A DNA stretch of 47,040 bases from Vezdaea acicularis (lineage: Eukaryota), in NCBI GenBank assembly GCA_026025075.1, contig JAPEUI010000123.1, positions 1 through 47,040 of the forward strand, written 5' to 3'. Below the pieces are notes generated by a model. The model was not told where the DNA came from, made no database searches, and saw only the letters and a program-made list of their open reading frames with translations. The translations under genes were made by a program, and so were the position numbers. Shown piece after piece: positions 1-9,908 of the stretch; position 1 is the stretch's first letter; the number at the start of each line of letters is the position of its first letter.

Positions 1-446
1 CGAGCTAGGCTCTTAATCTGTAGGCATCTCTAAGGCAGCACACTACGTTATCAGGGCCGAACAACAGTCACACTGAGGCCGCCTCCGCAAGTATGAAGTC
101 TCGTGCCCCCCGCTACCCCCCCCCCCCCTCCCCTCGCCCATCCTATGGTTATAACCCGTGGAGTCTGCCCTGCCCTATGGCAATGCCGTTCGCCTGCATC
201 CACATATCCGTCCCGCTGAGCTCCCTTGCATGGTCACTTGGCATCCAGGCGGGCCAACATTTTCTGTTAATGATAAGCTTTAGACTCGACTTGTCCATCT
301 TGCGCGTCCTAGCCGGGACCTTAAAGGCCTTGCTCTTACACGTACCCCACGTCTACTAGGCTCCTCAGCCATCTCGAACCCGATTCGCCGCAAGGTGGAT
401 CACACAAACAGCCTCTGTCGCAATACAGGCAAGCATCCAAAGGGGC

Positions 447-452
447 TATAAA
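447..452 (+). promoter_or_regulatory. Candidate TATA box upstream of the NmrA-like gene
   Basis: TATAAA about 200 nt upstream of the ATG at 645, followed by a pyrimidine-rich leader. Confidence 0.35.
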
Positions 453-644
453 GACTGACTCACTCAAGGAGTAACGTCACGTTCCTCTCTCAAATCATTC
501 AAAAGCCCGACTGATAATCCTTCGCTGTTGGCTAGCAAGCTCTTCTCAATTATAAGTCTTAACGGAGTTCAAGGGGAACCCAACAAATAACCACGTCTGC
601 TGTCGACCATGTTTCATCCGCAACCTTCCAAGCCTTCCGCCAGA

Positions 645-1649
645 ATGATCAGAGTTGCTATTGCCGGTACGGGAGGTCTAGCCCGAAAGATTGCGCGATT
701 TGTAAAAGAAGAAACTTCTTATGATTTCATCATGCTGTCCAGAGGAGTGAGTAATCTTTGAAATGGCTCCTCCCTTCTTTCCGCTAACGAGTGCTGCAGC
801 CCAATGAGCAACTCAAACAGCAAGGCTATCAGGTTCTTGATGTTGACTACAATAGGGCAGACCGTTTGGATTTCGCACTCATGGGCATTGATACAGTGAT
901 ATCAACCATTCCTGGCCTGGCTCAAATTAATCTTATCGAGGCAGCGGCCAGAACCCACGTCCGACGATTTGCGCCAGCAGAGTTTGAGGGCTCTCCCACA
1001 ATGCGACCAGTCGTAGACCCCCTTGACCTCGGCCGCAACAAAGCTGCATGTTTGCAGCGCCTTCGACATTACGGTATACAGCATACCTCCTTTGTCTGCG
1101 GCGTCTTCTATGAACGTTTCGCTCCTGGCGGCCTGGGTGCACAAGGAGTTGGCTTCAACACTCTACTCCACCGAGAAGGCGACTACGTCATGGACATCCG
1201 AAATCTTAAGGCTCAGATTCCATACGTAAATTCTCTGGGTGGCACCGTCAGCATCTGCATGACCTCGATGACGGATCTTGCGCGTTTCGTTGTGCAGTGC
1301 TTGCACATGGACGCGTGGCCTCCGGAGTTAAGGATCTGTGGAGAAAGGCGGACCGTCCTGGAAGTTGTTCAAGAGGCAGAGCACATGAGCGGTGCGTGTT
1401 TGCCTCCTCTTGTCCCTTCCTGGAATATGCTGACTGTGCTTAGGCCGGGCGTTTGACAAGTCGTACCATTCGCCTTCGACGCTCGACGTAGGCCTGACAA
1501 ACGCGATAATGCAAGGCGATCACCCGGGCATGCTGCGGTGGCAGAGCTTGATTGCAACTTCTCTTGGCCGATACGATTTTGACAATCCTAATTTCAGGGG
1601 CTCGACCCGATTTTCGGATTGGCTTCAAGCTGCTTGGGGCCGTCGATAG
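645..1649 (+). CDS. NmrA/isoflavone reductase-like NAD(P)-binding Rossmann protein (about 299 aa)
   Basis: Exons 645-746, 800-1391, 1444-1649 (900 nt). N-terminal MIRVAIAGTGGLAR Rossmann motif, GIDTVISTI and VRRFAPAEF motifs. GT-AG introns with GCTAAC/GCTGAC branch sites. Alternative in-frame ATG at 609. Confidence 0.85.
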
Positions 1650-3731
1650 ACTGAAATGTATGGCGCCACGCTATTTGGCTATAGCAAGGACCACTAAAAA
1701 AGTGAGGAGTAGTTCATTATCCTGACGGTAAGCATGTTGAATAAGCGGTTAGTGGTGACGTCGCTGCTCTTGAAATGATCATGGCGATGAACGGTCTCTT
1801 TGATTCAAACAAACTTTAGGGGGTTCTAGCGAGCACGGTTGGGGTTTGTATTTTCCTTTGTAAACTGTCTGAGAGGTTCCTGTAATCGGGCTGGGTTCTT
1901 CGGGTTTCCTTTGTCTCATGTTCACTTTTTTGGTACTTCTAGAGCTTGACGGAGCTGCTCTTGTCATTTTTGTAACTTTCATTCTAAGACGATCTCTAGG
2001 CTCCTTACGGAGCCATATCTCTGACTCAGTTTTGAATTGTTTGATTCACTATCGATCTTCTCTCTAGATTTTTAAGATCTTGATTTCTAAGGGTTTTTCC
2101 AGACATGACTGTTCAGGGCAGTCAGTTAGTGCTTAGATGGGGTCTTCTCTTGCTGTTTTGTTGGGCATAGATTGCGCACTCTTCCATCTCTGAGATCACG
2201 CGGTTGACGATTCCGCAGTTCGGTCGATCCAAACATAATCTTCTCGAATCTCTGCCCTTCTGCCGATCTCGCCCTCGACGTCTACATTCCAGAGCACCCC
2301 TCATGACGAGATTTCAGGCAGAATTAGGCGGCAAGATTGGCCAGTCTAGGGGTGGGGGGCAAGGGCTAGCCGGTGGCTAGCCCCCGAGGCTCTGCCACGG
2401 CCTATCGTCTTATTGGCAGTATGACCAATCCATTACTCCCCCTTAGCATCGACGGTTATAGCTCCTTTTCAGCTCGAGGTCCAGGCGTAGGGGAAACAAG
2501 TGCTGACTAGAGCAGACCACAAATCTGAAGTTAAGTGTAGGTGAGTCACTCTTGTCTCCTTGCTTATCTGGTAATCCGATATTTACAGCTGCCTAGCGCT
2601 GAATGCACGCCCTGTGACCACTTTCTCTTCCCCCTCTACGAGCTTGGACGCCTTATATTTTCAGCGGCCAGCCCCAGGATCTTCATCTCCTGAGCTTTCA
2701 AAATTACGCCTTTCAACAAGAGCTTCATTCATGCCTTTTGAACTGTCGTCGAGAAACGGTAGAGCGTTCGATCCTACTATGCTATTCCCTTCTACGTCTC
2801 TCGTTACGATCTTGCGTGATAGGTAGTTCGACTTCTCATTCCTTGAACAGATGTTCCTGAAACCGGATTGGGCGACCGCGAGCCTCACAATTCTGGACAG
2901 ATGAAGGAACCCTAGCCACAAAAGAGTCCTAGGATCTTAGTCATCAAGCCTAAGTTCTGACTGAGCAGGCTCACGAAGCTAGCACATCGTCATGATCTCT
3001 TTACAAGAATTCAGGGGAAATGTATAAAGAGGAAGGGAAGACCGTTTACAAGGACCATATTGACATACCTCACCTTGATTGAGCACATACCCTGCAATCA
3101 CAAGCAGCTGCTCAATGAAAAGCCTTAGGCCCATTGCATATGAATCAACTGGCGGGTGTTGACCCACTTGTTCGTCGCCAAATTTGGCGCCTCTCTTCTG
3201 CTCCTTGAAAAGGGACTTTGGCAGAGGCAGCGGCTGGAATATTCTCTTCGCCTCCTAGATAGGCGCTAGAGCCAGAACAATCATACGACATAAGCATGTC
3301 GTACATGATACTAGTTTACATTGCCTATCAACTTTGTTGAACCTTACTACGCAAAGTTAGTCGTAGTATAGACTTTCTTAAATACTTTCAAGCTATTGTA
3401 TGCTATCACAACCATACAACTGGATCATTTGGTCATAGTTGGAAGCATTAGCCTTACAAGGATTACTTGTAACGTTCATATGGCGCAACCCTAAGGAGGT
3501 CGAAGGAGATGAATCATTCATGTTGAACTGCCTGTACAGTTCACACATCGAGCTCTCACTGAAAATACTTGAGCCCGCGGTATCTATCTGGAAGAAGAAA
3601 TAATGCGCCTACAAAAACGTTGATACCGTACAAGAAGGAGCACTCGTCATCATTTCGTCGTACAACGTCTCCTCTACTGTTGTTGAAACAGCCAGATACA
3701 CTGCCCATTGTGGTCTAGAGTGTATCGTCCC

Positions 3732-4487
3732 TTATAGCTCCTCTTCTTCCTCCTCAATTTCCTGTCCTTGTCTTTCCGTTCCCTGCATATTCGTCTCTTG
3801 CACTTCCGCTTGCTGTGTATCCATTCCTTCGCCGATTGTCTCTTGTTGGTTAGCCTCCCGTACACCTGTCTGCTGTGTACCTGTATATTGTGTGTTAGTT
3901 ATTTGCACAATCAGTCCTTGAATCATTGGCTCTGACGTACTGGCACCACCTCCACCATCTTGTCCATCACCCCCTCTCACCCCCTCATTCACCACCGCCG
4001 CCTCCGCCGCCATCTCAGCTACAACCCTCATTTGCGCCATCACCCCCTCCCACACCTCCCTGAACGCACGAGTACTCCTAGTCCATCTCGCGCCCCTCCC
4101 GCAGTCGAAGCTCGTCCCCGCCATCCTACCCACCCAATACCAGCACGCCTCCCAGGTATACATCGGATTCAGCTCCATAAACTCCGCATGATTCATCTGT
4201 CTCGCCAGCTCCCGCATATCCGCAACACTCCGGCACACATCATGCGTATCACGCTGCATTTGCCGCCAAAGACGGAACAACAGCCGCAGATCCCTCGGCG
4301 TCCACGCGTGACATCCCACCGGGTAGTCCATCGGTGAGGGCGGGTTGGGCTCCCATGGCGGCGGCGGACGCACCGTCCTTGTGCGCTGTCGAGGCCTGCG
4401 CGCGAGTTCGCGCTCGAACATGGCGATAAGTTCGAGGCGCATGGCATCGTTGGTTGGGATGGGGATGGGCCGTAAGGAGAAGGGCAT
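3732..4487 (-). CDS. Hypothetical protein with a possible Myb/SANT-like helical segment and an acidic Q/E/T-rich tail
   Basis: Intronless ORF open from 4676; the likely ATG is 4487 (MPFSLRP). Contains WTPRDLRLLFRLW...ELARQMN...YTWEACWYW. Confidence 0.5.
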   Translation of the reverse strand: MPFSLRPIPIPTNDAMRLELIAMFERELARRPRQRTRTVRPPPPWEPNPPSPMDYPVGCHAWTPRDLRLLFRLWRQMQRDTHDVCRSVADMRELARQMNHAEFMELNPMYTWEACWYWVGRMAGTSFDCGRGARWTRSTRAFREVWEGVMAQMRVVAEMAAEAAVVNEGVRGGDGQDGGGGASTSEPMIQGLIVQITNTQYTGTQQTGVREANQQETIGEGMDTQQAEVQETNMQGTERQGQEIEEEEEEL

Positions 4488-5344
4488 GGTTGTTGTTCTT
4501 GTTCTCGAATGAAGAGATGGGTGGGATGGATCGATGTCATGGAAATGTTGGTTGTTGTCCTGATTTCTTTGATACTTTCTTGTTTGGGGGCAGTGATTGG
4601 GGTGGGGGGCGTGTATATTTGTTGACAGAGCTCCATGAGGCATTGGGAAATTTGGCCTCACGCGCGTTGGGAACACATCGCGGACGTGTCGAGCGTTGCT
4701 CCATACTACTTCGAAGTGTCAACACAGCAGAGCTTGCGCCCATCATGGGGCAGAATGACATAGCTGGCGAATAAAGAAACACGTTTGATAGCTCTTACTT
4801 GTATCTCGTTACCTCTCATAGAGAAGACACCGACTTATTTTCAATTCCTTGTATTAACTCTATGGCCGCAGCACTATCTACGTACACATGCTGCCCTGAC
4901 TGAGACAAGCTCTAACTATGCTCCCAGGCTCTTCTCGACCATTCTATCCCGAACCACGCAGTACGGGAGAAGCTGGTGTGATCCATGCTGGAAATCAGCA
5001 ATATCATGAAAACCACCCAGATACCAGAGAAGAAAAGCTGTCAGACATCCATGCAAGGACTTACTTGCATCCCTAAGCCCCGATCCCTTTGCCACGCACT
5101 CAGTCGTACAAGGCGAAACAGGGCAGAAGAGTGGGATATGCGAACCCCTTTGTAGTCATTAATGAAAAACCCAACCGGTGCCATGACACCCTTTCGCTAT
5201 GCAGGTCTAGTGTACTTTATGGGAAGGGAATGATGAGGTGCATGTCGTCCCAGTCAAATAGAGAAAAAAAATAGAAGAAGAGGCGAAAGCTCCTAGTCGA
5301 ACAGAGAAGGAAATTGTGACTACCGCCCCTCGTAGAAGAGAGGT

Positions 5345-7531
5345 TTAAGTCCGGTGTTTGCTCCACGCCTTAGAGCCTGCACTTGGCATCGGCTTGTAAG
5401 ACTCTCCGCCACCTCCTCTCCCACTACCACCACGCCCACGTTTCCCGCCACCTCTTCCTTCACCTCGACCGCTGCGTCCACCTCTCCCACCGCCTCCAGG
5501 ACTACCACGTGGACCTCGCTGAGGTTGGGAATTACCCCTTGGTCGTGGCGGTAACGGCTCTCGTGGAAGTGGGGGCTGCCCTTCTCGCGGGCGGTAACTA
5601 TCACGCCCACCTCGTGCCGCGAAATCATCCCCACGCCCGCCTTGTCCGCCACGGTACCTTGGCTCAAGTGAGCGAAGGCGACGTGGTGAGCGAGAACGAG
5701 AGCGAGATCGTCGACGGTAAGCTTGATTGGCGTTTTGCTTGTATGCCTCATTCCGCATAGGGTAATCACGAGAGTCGTGCAAGTCATTATCGTAACGGGA
5801 ATCACCCCCCGGACGGTAACTACGGTCCTCGCGATTGTCTCGTCCGTTTCTCCCGTAGTCTCGATATTGTCCGCGATTGCGGCCCTGATACGAGCTCTGT
5901 TGAGGACGTTGGTCGACATCATCGTCAAAAGGCCGATCACGGGCGTAGGCAGATCTATCTTCCAGCTCGGTAAAGCGAATGTGCGAGCGTGGGCCGGCCT
6001 CGCCTGGACGAGAGACCTTTGGGCGAATAAAACCTTGCTCCTCTTCTTCACCATCTGATTCGACGTAGAGGACCCGCCTCGGCTTTGGCCGTGTCGGCAA
6101 AGGTACCATTTCAGCTTCGTGGTTATAGCGTACTCCCGGTGGATGAATTGCTTGGTTTTCTGAATTTGGATCCAAGTAGTACTCGATATTTCCCCTCTTG
6201 AAGGCTGTGCTAGTTGGAGATTGCCGACCCGGGCGCTTGTCTGGACATTGAGGGCCCTGATGACCGCCCTTACCGCACCGATAGCAGTAGATCGGCAAAG
6301 ACTGAACACGTCTGACTTTGTGCTCCGGTGGAGGAACGTAAGTATGCCAAAGTGTCTTGCATTGATCTTCCAAGTGGCCCTTCTCAGAGCATCTGTCACA
6401 TGTGACTTCACTGATAGGGATAACGAACTTTGTTGAACAATCTTTCTTGTCATGTCCAAGACCGTGACATCTGTAGCATCGATGGTGACTTATACATTGG
6501 CGAGTCCAATGGGGCTCATAACCCTCGGGGAAACGACCTTCTTGCTGTTTGAACAAATCGCAAGCTTCACAGTTAGGCTCGCATTGTTCGTACGTATGAC
6601 CCACTTGGTAGCACGCCCGACAAATCACAGGCTCATCATTCCAATTATAGTCTGCTGGTTTTTCATAACCAAAATACCGCTTCTGGAGAACCAATTCATC
6701 GTGTGGCAGATATTTGCACGTCATCATACCAGCATCTGCTAAGGAGTTCCCTTCGGTTTCCTGAAGCCTGGAGACCTCTTTCGAAATAGTATCTTGCCGG
6801 AAGGATTCTTGGGCTCCAGATAATTCTTGAGAAGCTGTGCGCTCTTCTGATCCCTCTAGGTATTCACCACTTTCTTGGGACTCCGAAGCACGGTTCATTG
6901 GAATGGAGCTAAGTAGTGCGCCTGGCTGTTCTGCCTGGGACTTGATATCTGCTGAACGGCGAAGATCAGATTTGGAGAAAGTCGTTACGAGAGCATCGTC
7001 TGAGGCCTCCTCGCTGCCTCCAATATGGATACTAGGGGAAGCGGAGCCGACGATACTCTCATTGAACTCTTGCTCTGACTTTGTGGGCAATGCACCATCT
7101 CCTAGGTCTGCACTCGGCCCAACACTATGCCCATACGAATGAGTGACTTGAGCACTAATCGGAGCTCTATGACCTGAGCTACCCTCTGAATCGTCTTTGG
7201 TATCATCTTTCGAGTTGTGTGGATGATCGCCCGAAGATATCATCTGGGTCAGCGTTACGGGTTGTGGTACCGCTTTTTGGTTGCTAGCAGTCACTTCAAC
7301 GGAGCTGTTAGAGCTACCAAGCTTCAAGCTAGTAAGCTTGGTTCGAATTGTTGGTTTAACGCCAGGGTTCCAGTTAAGGGAAGGCGTTCTAGCTCCATGA
7401 TTGACTTCGTTACGTATTTGAGGCTGGTCATGCTCCTTTTTAAGAGACATTTCTTTATCTTCTATCCGATTCGGTAGCATCATAGTTGATGGATGCAACC
7501 GTGCCTCTTCATCTGAATCCGCAGAAGTCAT
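5345..7531 (-). CDS. Zinc-knuckle RNA-binding protein, Air1/Air2-like (TRAMP subunit), 728 aa
   Basis: Clustered CX2CX4HX4C knuckles (CRACYQVGHTYEQC, CYRCHGLGHDKKDC, CDRCSEKGHLEDQC, CYRCGKGGHQGPQC) plus a variant knuckle, the linker LWHTY and an RS/RGG-rich C-terminus. Confidence 0.8.
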   Translation of the reverse strand: MTSADSDEEARLHPSTMMLPNRIEDKEMSLKKEHDQPQIRNEVNHGARTPSLNWNPGVKPTIRTKLTSLKLGSSNSSVEVTASNQKAVPQPVTLTQMISSGDHPHNSKDDTKDDSEGSSGHRAPISAQVTHSYGHSVGPSADLGDGALPTKSEQEFNESIVGSASPSIHIGGSEEASDDALVTTFSKSDLRRSADIKSQAEQPGALLSSIPMNRASESQESGEYLEGSEERTASQELSGAQESFRQDTISKEVSRLQETEGNSLADAGMMTCKYLPHDELVLQKRYFGYEKPADYNWNDEPVICRACYQVGHTYEQCEPNCEACDLFKQQEGRFPEGYEPHWTRQCISHHRCYRCHGLGHDKKDCSTKFVIPISEVTCDRCSEKGHLEDQCKTLWHTYVPPPEHKVRRVQSLPIYCYRCGKGGHQGPQCPDKRPGRQSPTSTAFKRGNIEYYLDPNSENQAIHPPGVRYNHEAEMVPLPTRPKPRRVLYVESDGEEEEQGFIRPKVSRPGEAGPRSHIRFTELEDRSAYARDRPFDDDVDQRPQQSSYQGRNRGQYRDYGRNGRDNREDRSYRPGGDSRYDNDLHDSRDYPMRNEAYKQNANQAYRRRSRSRSRSPRRLRSLEPRYRGGQGGRGDDFAARGGRDSYRPREGQPPLPREPLPPRPRGNSQPQRGPRGSPGGGGRGGRSGRGEGRGGGKRGRGGSGRGGGGESYKPMPSAGSKAWSKHRT

Positions 7532-7560
7532 AACGAGAAGACTGGAAAGAAGTCAATGCC

Positions 7561-7586
7561 CCAGGAGCAATTGTTATTGCTCCTGG
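7561..7586. repeat. Perfect inverted repeat (11-bp stem, 4-nt loop)
   Basis: CCAGGAGCAAT-TGTT-ATTGCTCCTGG. Confidence 0.9.
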
Positions 7587-8678
7587 ATGTGGCAACCAAG
7601 TAGAGAGTCTGAAATTCCTTGGCGCTAGAGGCCAAAGACGTAATAACAAATCAATTAACAGATTTCTGCAAGAAACTCAGGTTGATCCAGCAGGCATCAA
7701 ACATTCCACTCACAAAAAATCAAATAAAAAGGCTAATGTGAGTGTATCACCAAAACAGATTGTAAACGTTCGCTTAAATAGTTTTCATGATTCGCCAAAG
7801 TTTCCTCTTTGAGCTATACTCGCCATCAGCCGGTTGAAGGTGGCAGCCCCTCCTGGGAGATGGTCAGCCTCAGTATGCCTGATAGCACAAGTTCACAAAA
7901 TCGAACAAAGCCGCTTGAGCTGATGCATCAAGTTTGCGGGATTACTTAACTCAGAAGCACACTCCCAGGATTGGTTGCAGTATCTTTATGCTGTTCGACA
8001 CTGCCGTTGCTGAAAATGACGCTAGTCTCGGCAGCAGCAGCGTGGTACGGAAGCACGAACAAACATCGACAAGTGACAGACCGCGGCCAAGGATGAGAAC
8101 AGGCTCCCCCATAGTAATCCACAAGGTAACGTCACGATCGTAAGCTTGTTGCGACAGTGTTCTCCCGACTTGCCCCCGCAGGTCTTATTAATAACCAGCA
8201 TTTTGTTCTACCTGTCCTCTGCACTACGGAATTACCCTTGCTGTATTTTGAACCGTACTAGAAATTTCCTGGGTCGCGCCTAGACCACTTATTCTGACGC
8301 TCGTTCCAATATCATCGCCCCATAAAGCTTGGACCAGCTGCTGACGATCTTGCTGCCTCACACTACGCCGCCTTCCTGAGCTCTTTGATGTCAGTGCCTG
8401 CGCCTCCATTTTTTGTGTTGTCAGTTCCTACATGACAGGAGATGCCTCCAAGCATCAAGCACTAAACCTGAACTTCAAAGCTGATCATGCCTATTCTAGC
8501 CCAGAACTTCATATCTCGACTCTGGACAAGAAGTCAGCCCTACAAATCATCCGAAAACGGTCGAAACAGCTCTACCTCAAATACCGCCAACCTGTCTTCC
8601 CTACTGCTTCCCCGTACTATCACGTACGCCCCTAAGACAGACGGCTCACGTCCACGCTCAAGCTCGAGCTACGGGAAC

Positions 8679-9407
8679 ATGAGCGAGACTACATCTAAGA
8701 CAGGACGTAGGAGGCGCTCGAGCAGTCTGATATACACCGAACCGCCTGAATCTATCGAGCATATCAGCGATCAATCTGCTTTGCCAAATCTGAACGCGAA
8801 CTGGGTCAATGCGAAAGGTATGTCACGCTTGGCAATACGCGCATCTCATCCTTTCCCGTCTTTATCTTCTGCCTAAATTACTATTCCTTTCGTTTCTTGT
8901 TCACGACTGGCTGAGCTAATACCCCTCTCTTTAAGGTGCCTGGACAATCCACATAGTTCTCATCATTGCTCTCAAAATCCTCTTCGATATTGTCCCGGGT
9001 ATGTCGCAAGAAACATCGTGGACATTGACCAACATAACATACATGTTCGGATCCTACCTTATGTTCCACTACGTGCGAGGTGTGCCTTTCGAGTTCAACG
9101 CCGGCGCCTACGACAACTTAAATATGTGGGAACAGATTGATAATGGGGACCAATATACGCCAGCGAAGAAGTTCCTCTTAACAGTGCCGGTTGTACTTTT
9201 CTTAGCCAGCACACACTATACCCATTACGACTTAACGTATTTTACCATCAACTTTTTGGCGACTTTGGGGGTTGTGATTCCGAAATTGCCTTCCGTAAGT
9301 TTTCCTCTGACTGGATGGTCCAGTGTATCAGGCAAAGTACTGACACGCTATTACAGAGCCACCGGATGCGCGTCGGTCTTTTCTCCGGTGATCCTGATGA
9401 TCGCTAG
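8679..9407 (+). CDS. ORM1: ORMDL family sphingolipid homeostasis protein Orm1 (182 aa)
   Basis: Exons 8679-8817, 8936-9294, 9357-9407 (549 nt). RRRRSSS phospho-motif, NLNANWVNAKGAW, FHYVRGVPFEFNAGAYD and WEQIDNGDQYTPAKKFL. Confidence 0.95.
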
Positions 9408-9908
9408 GGGTTTTTATCCACTGGCCGTTGGCTTGCTTGTACATTTGTTCTTTAGGCAGGGCGTTCGTTTCCAGCGATCTGGGCATAGGCGGAAGCGACG
9501 CCGAAGCTCCAGATCAAGGCTTTTGTAATTATAGTGCATGCATTGCGGATCGAATGCTTTGGCTAGAACTGGGATTCACTTTGCTCTTCTCCACATGCAG
9601 AATGATCGTTTCAACGTGGGTGAATTCTGCCCTAGCAACCATGGACTCGCAAATTCTTCACAATGCGAGGAGGTAATGCGGTCTACTAACCGTCTATTTT
9701 TTTGACCTACACTCTACATACGCCCGCCCCAATGCAATCCTGACTGAAGACAAGAACCCGTTCAGGAAAGACGAACAAGTCCCTACCCATTTTTCGAAAG
9801 ACTGTATGATGACATGCTCAGCCGCCAAAATGAACTTGCCCGTGGGTCATGCTGCCTAATATCCCAAACCCCGTGTCCTTACAAATGAAAAATGTACACT
9901 GACATCTA

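Noticed and set aside
2680..3270. Apparent pseudogene frame interrupted by stops
   Set aside because: Stop density is close to random expectation, and every stop codon is trivially revertible by T>C, so this is not evidence of a former gene.
5320..6459. 379-aa alternative-frame ORF overlapping the Air-like gene
   Set aside because: It overlies a low-complexity R/G/D/P-rich region where shifted-frame stops are naturally rare, and it has no recognisable motif.
9674..9750. TACTAAC in the ORM1/ISW2 intergenic region suggesting a 3'UTR intron
   Set aside because: No acceptor AG within normal distance of the motif, and the nearest donor is too close.
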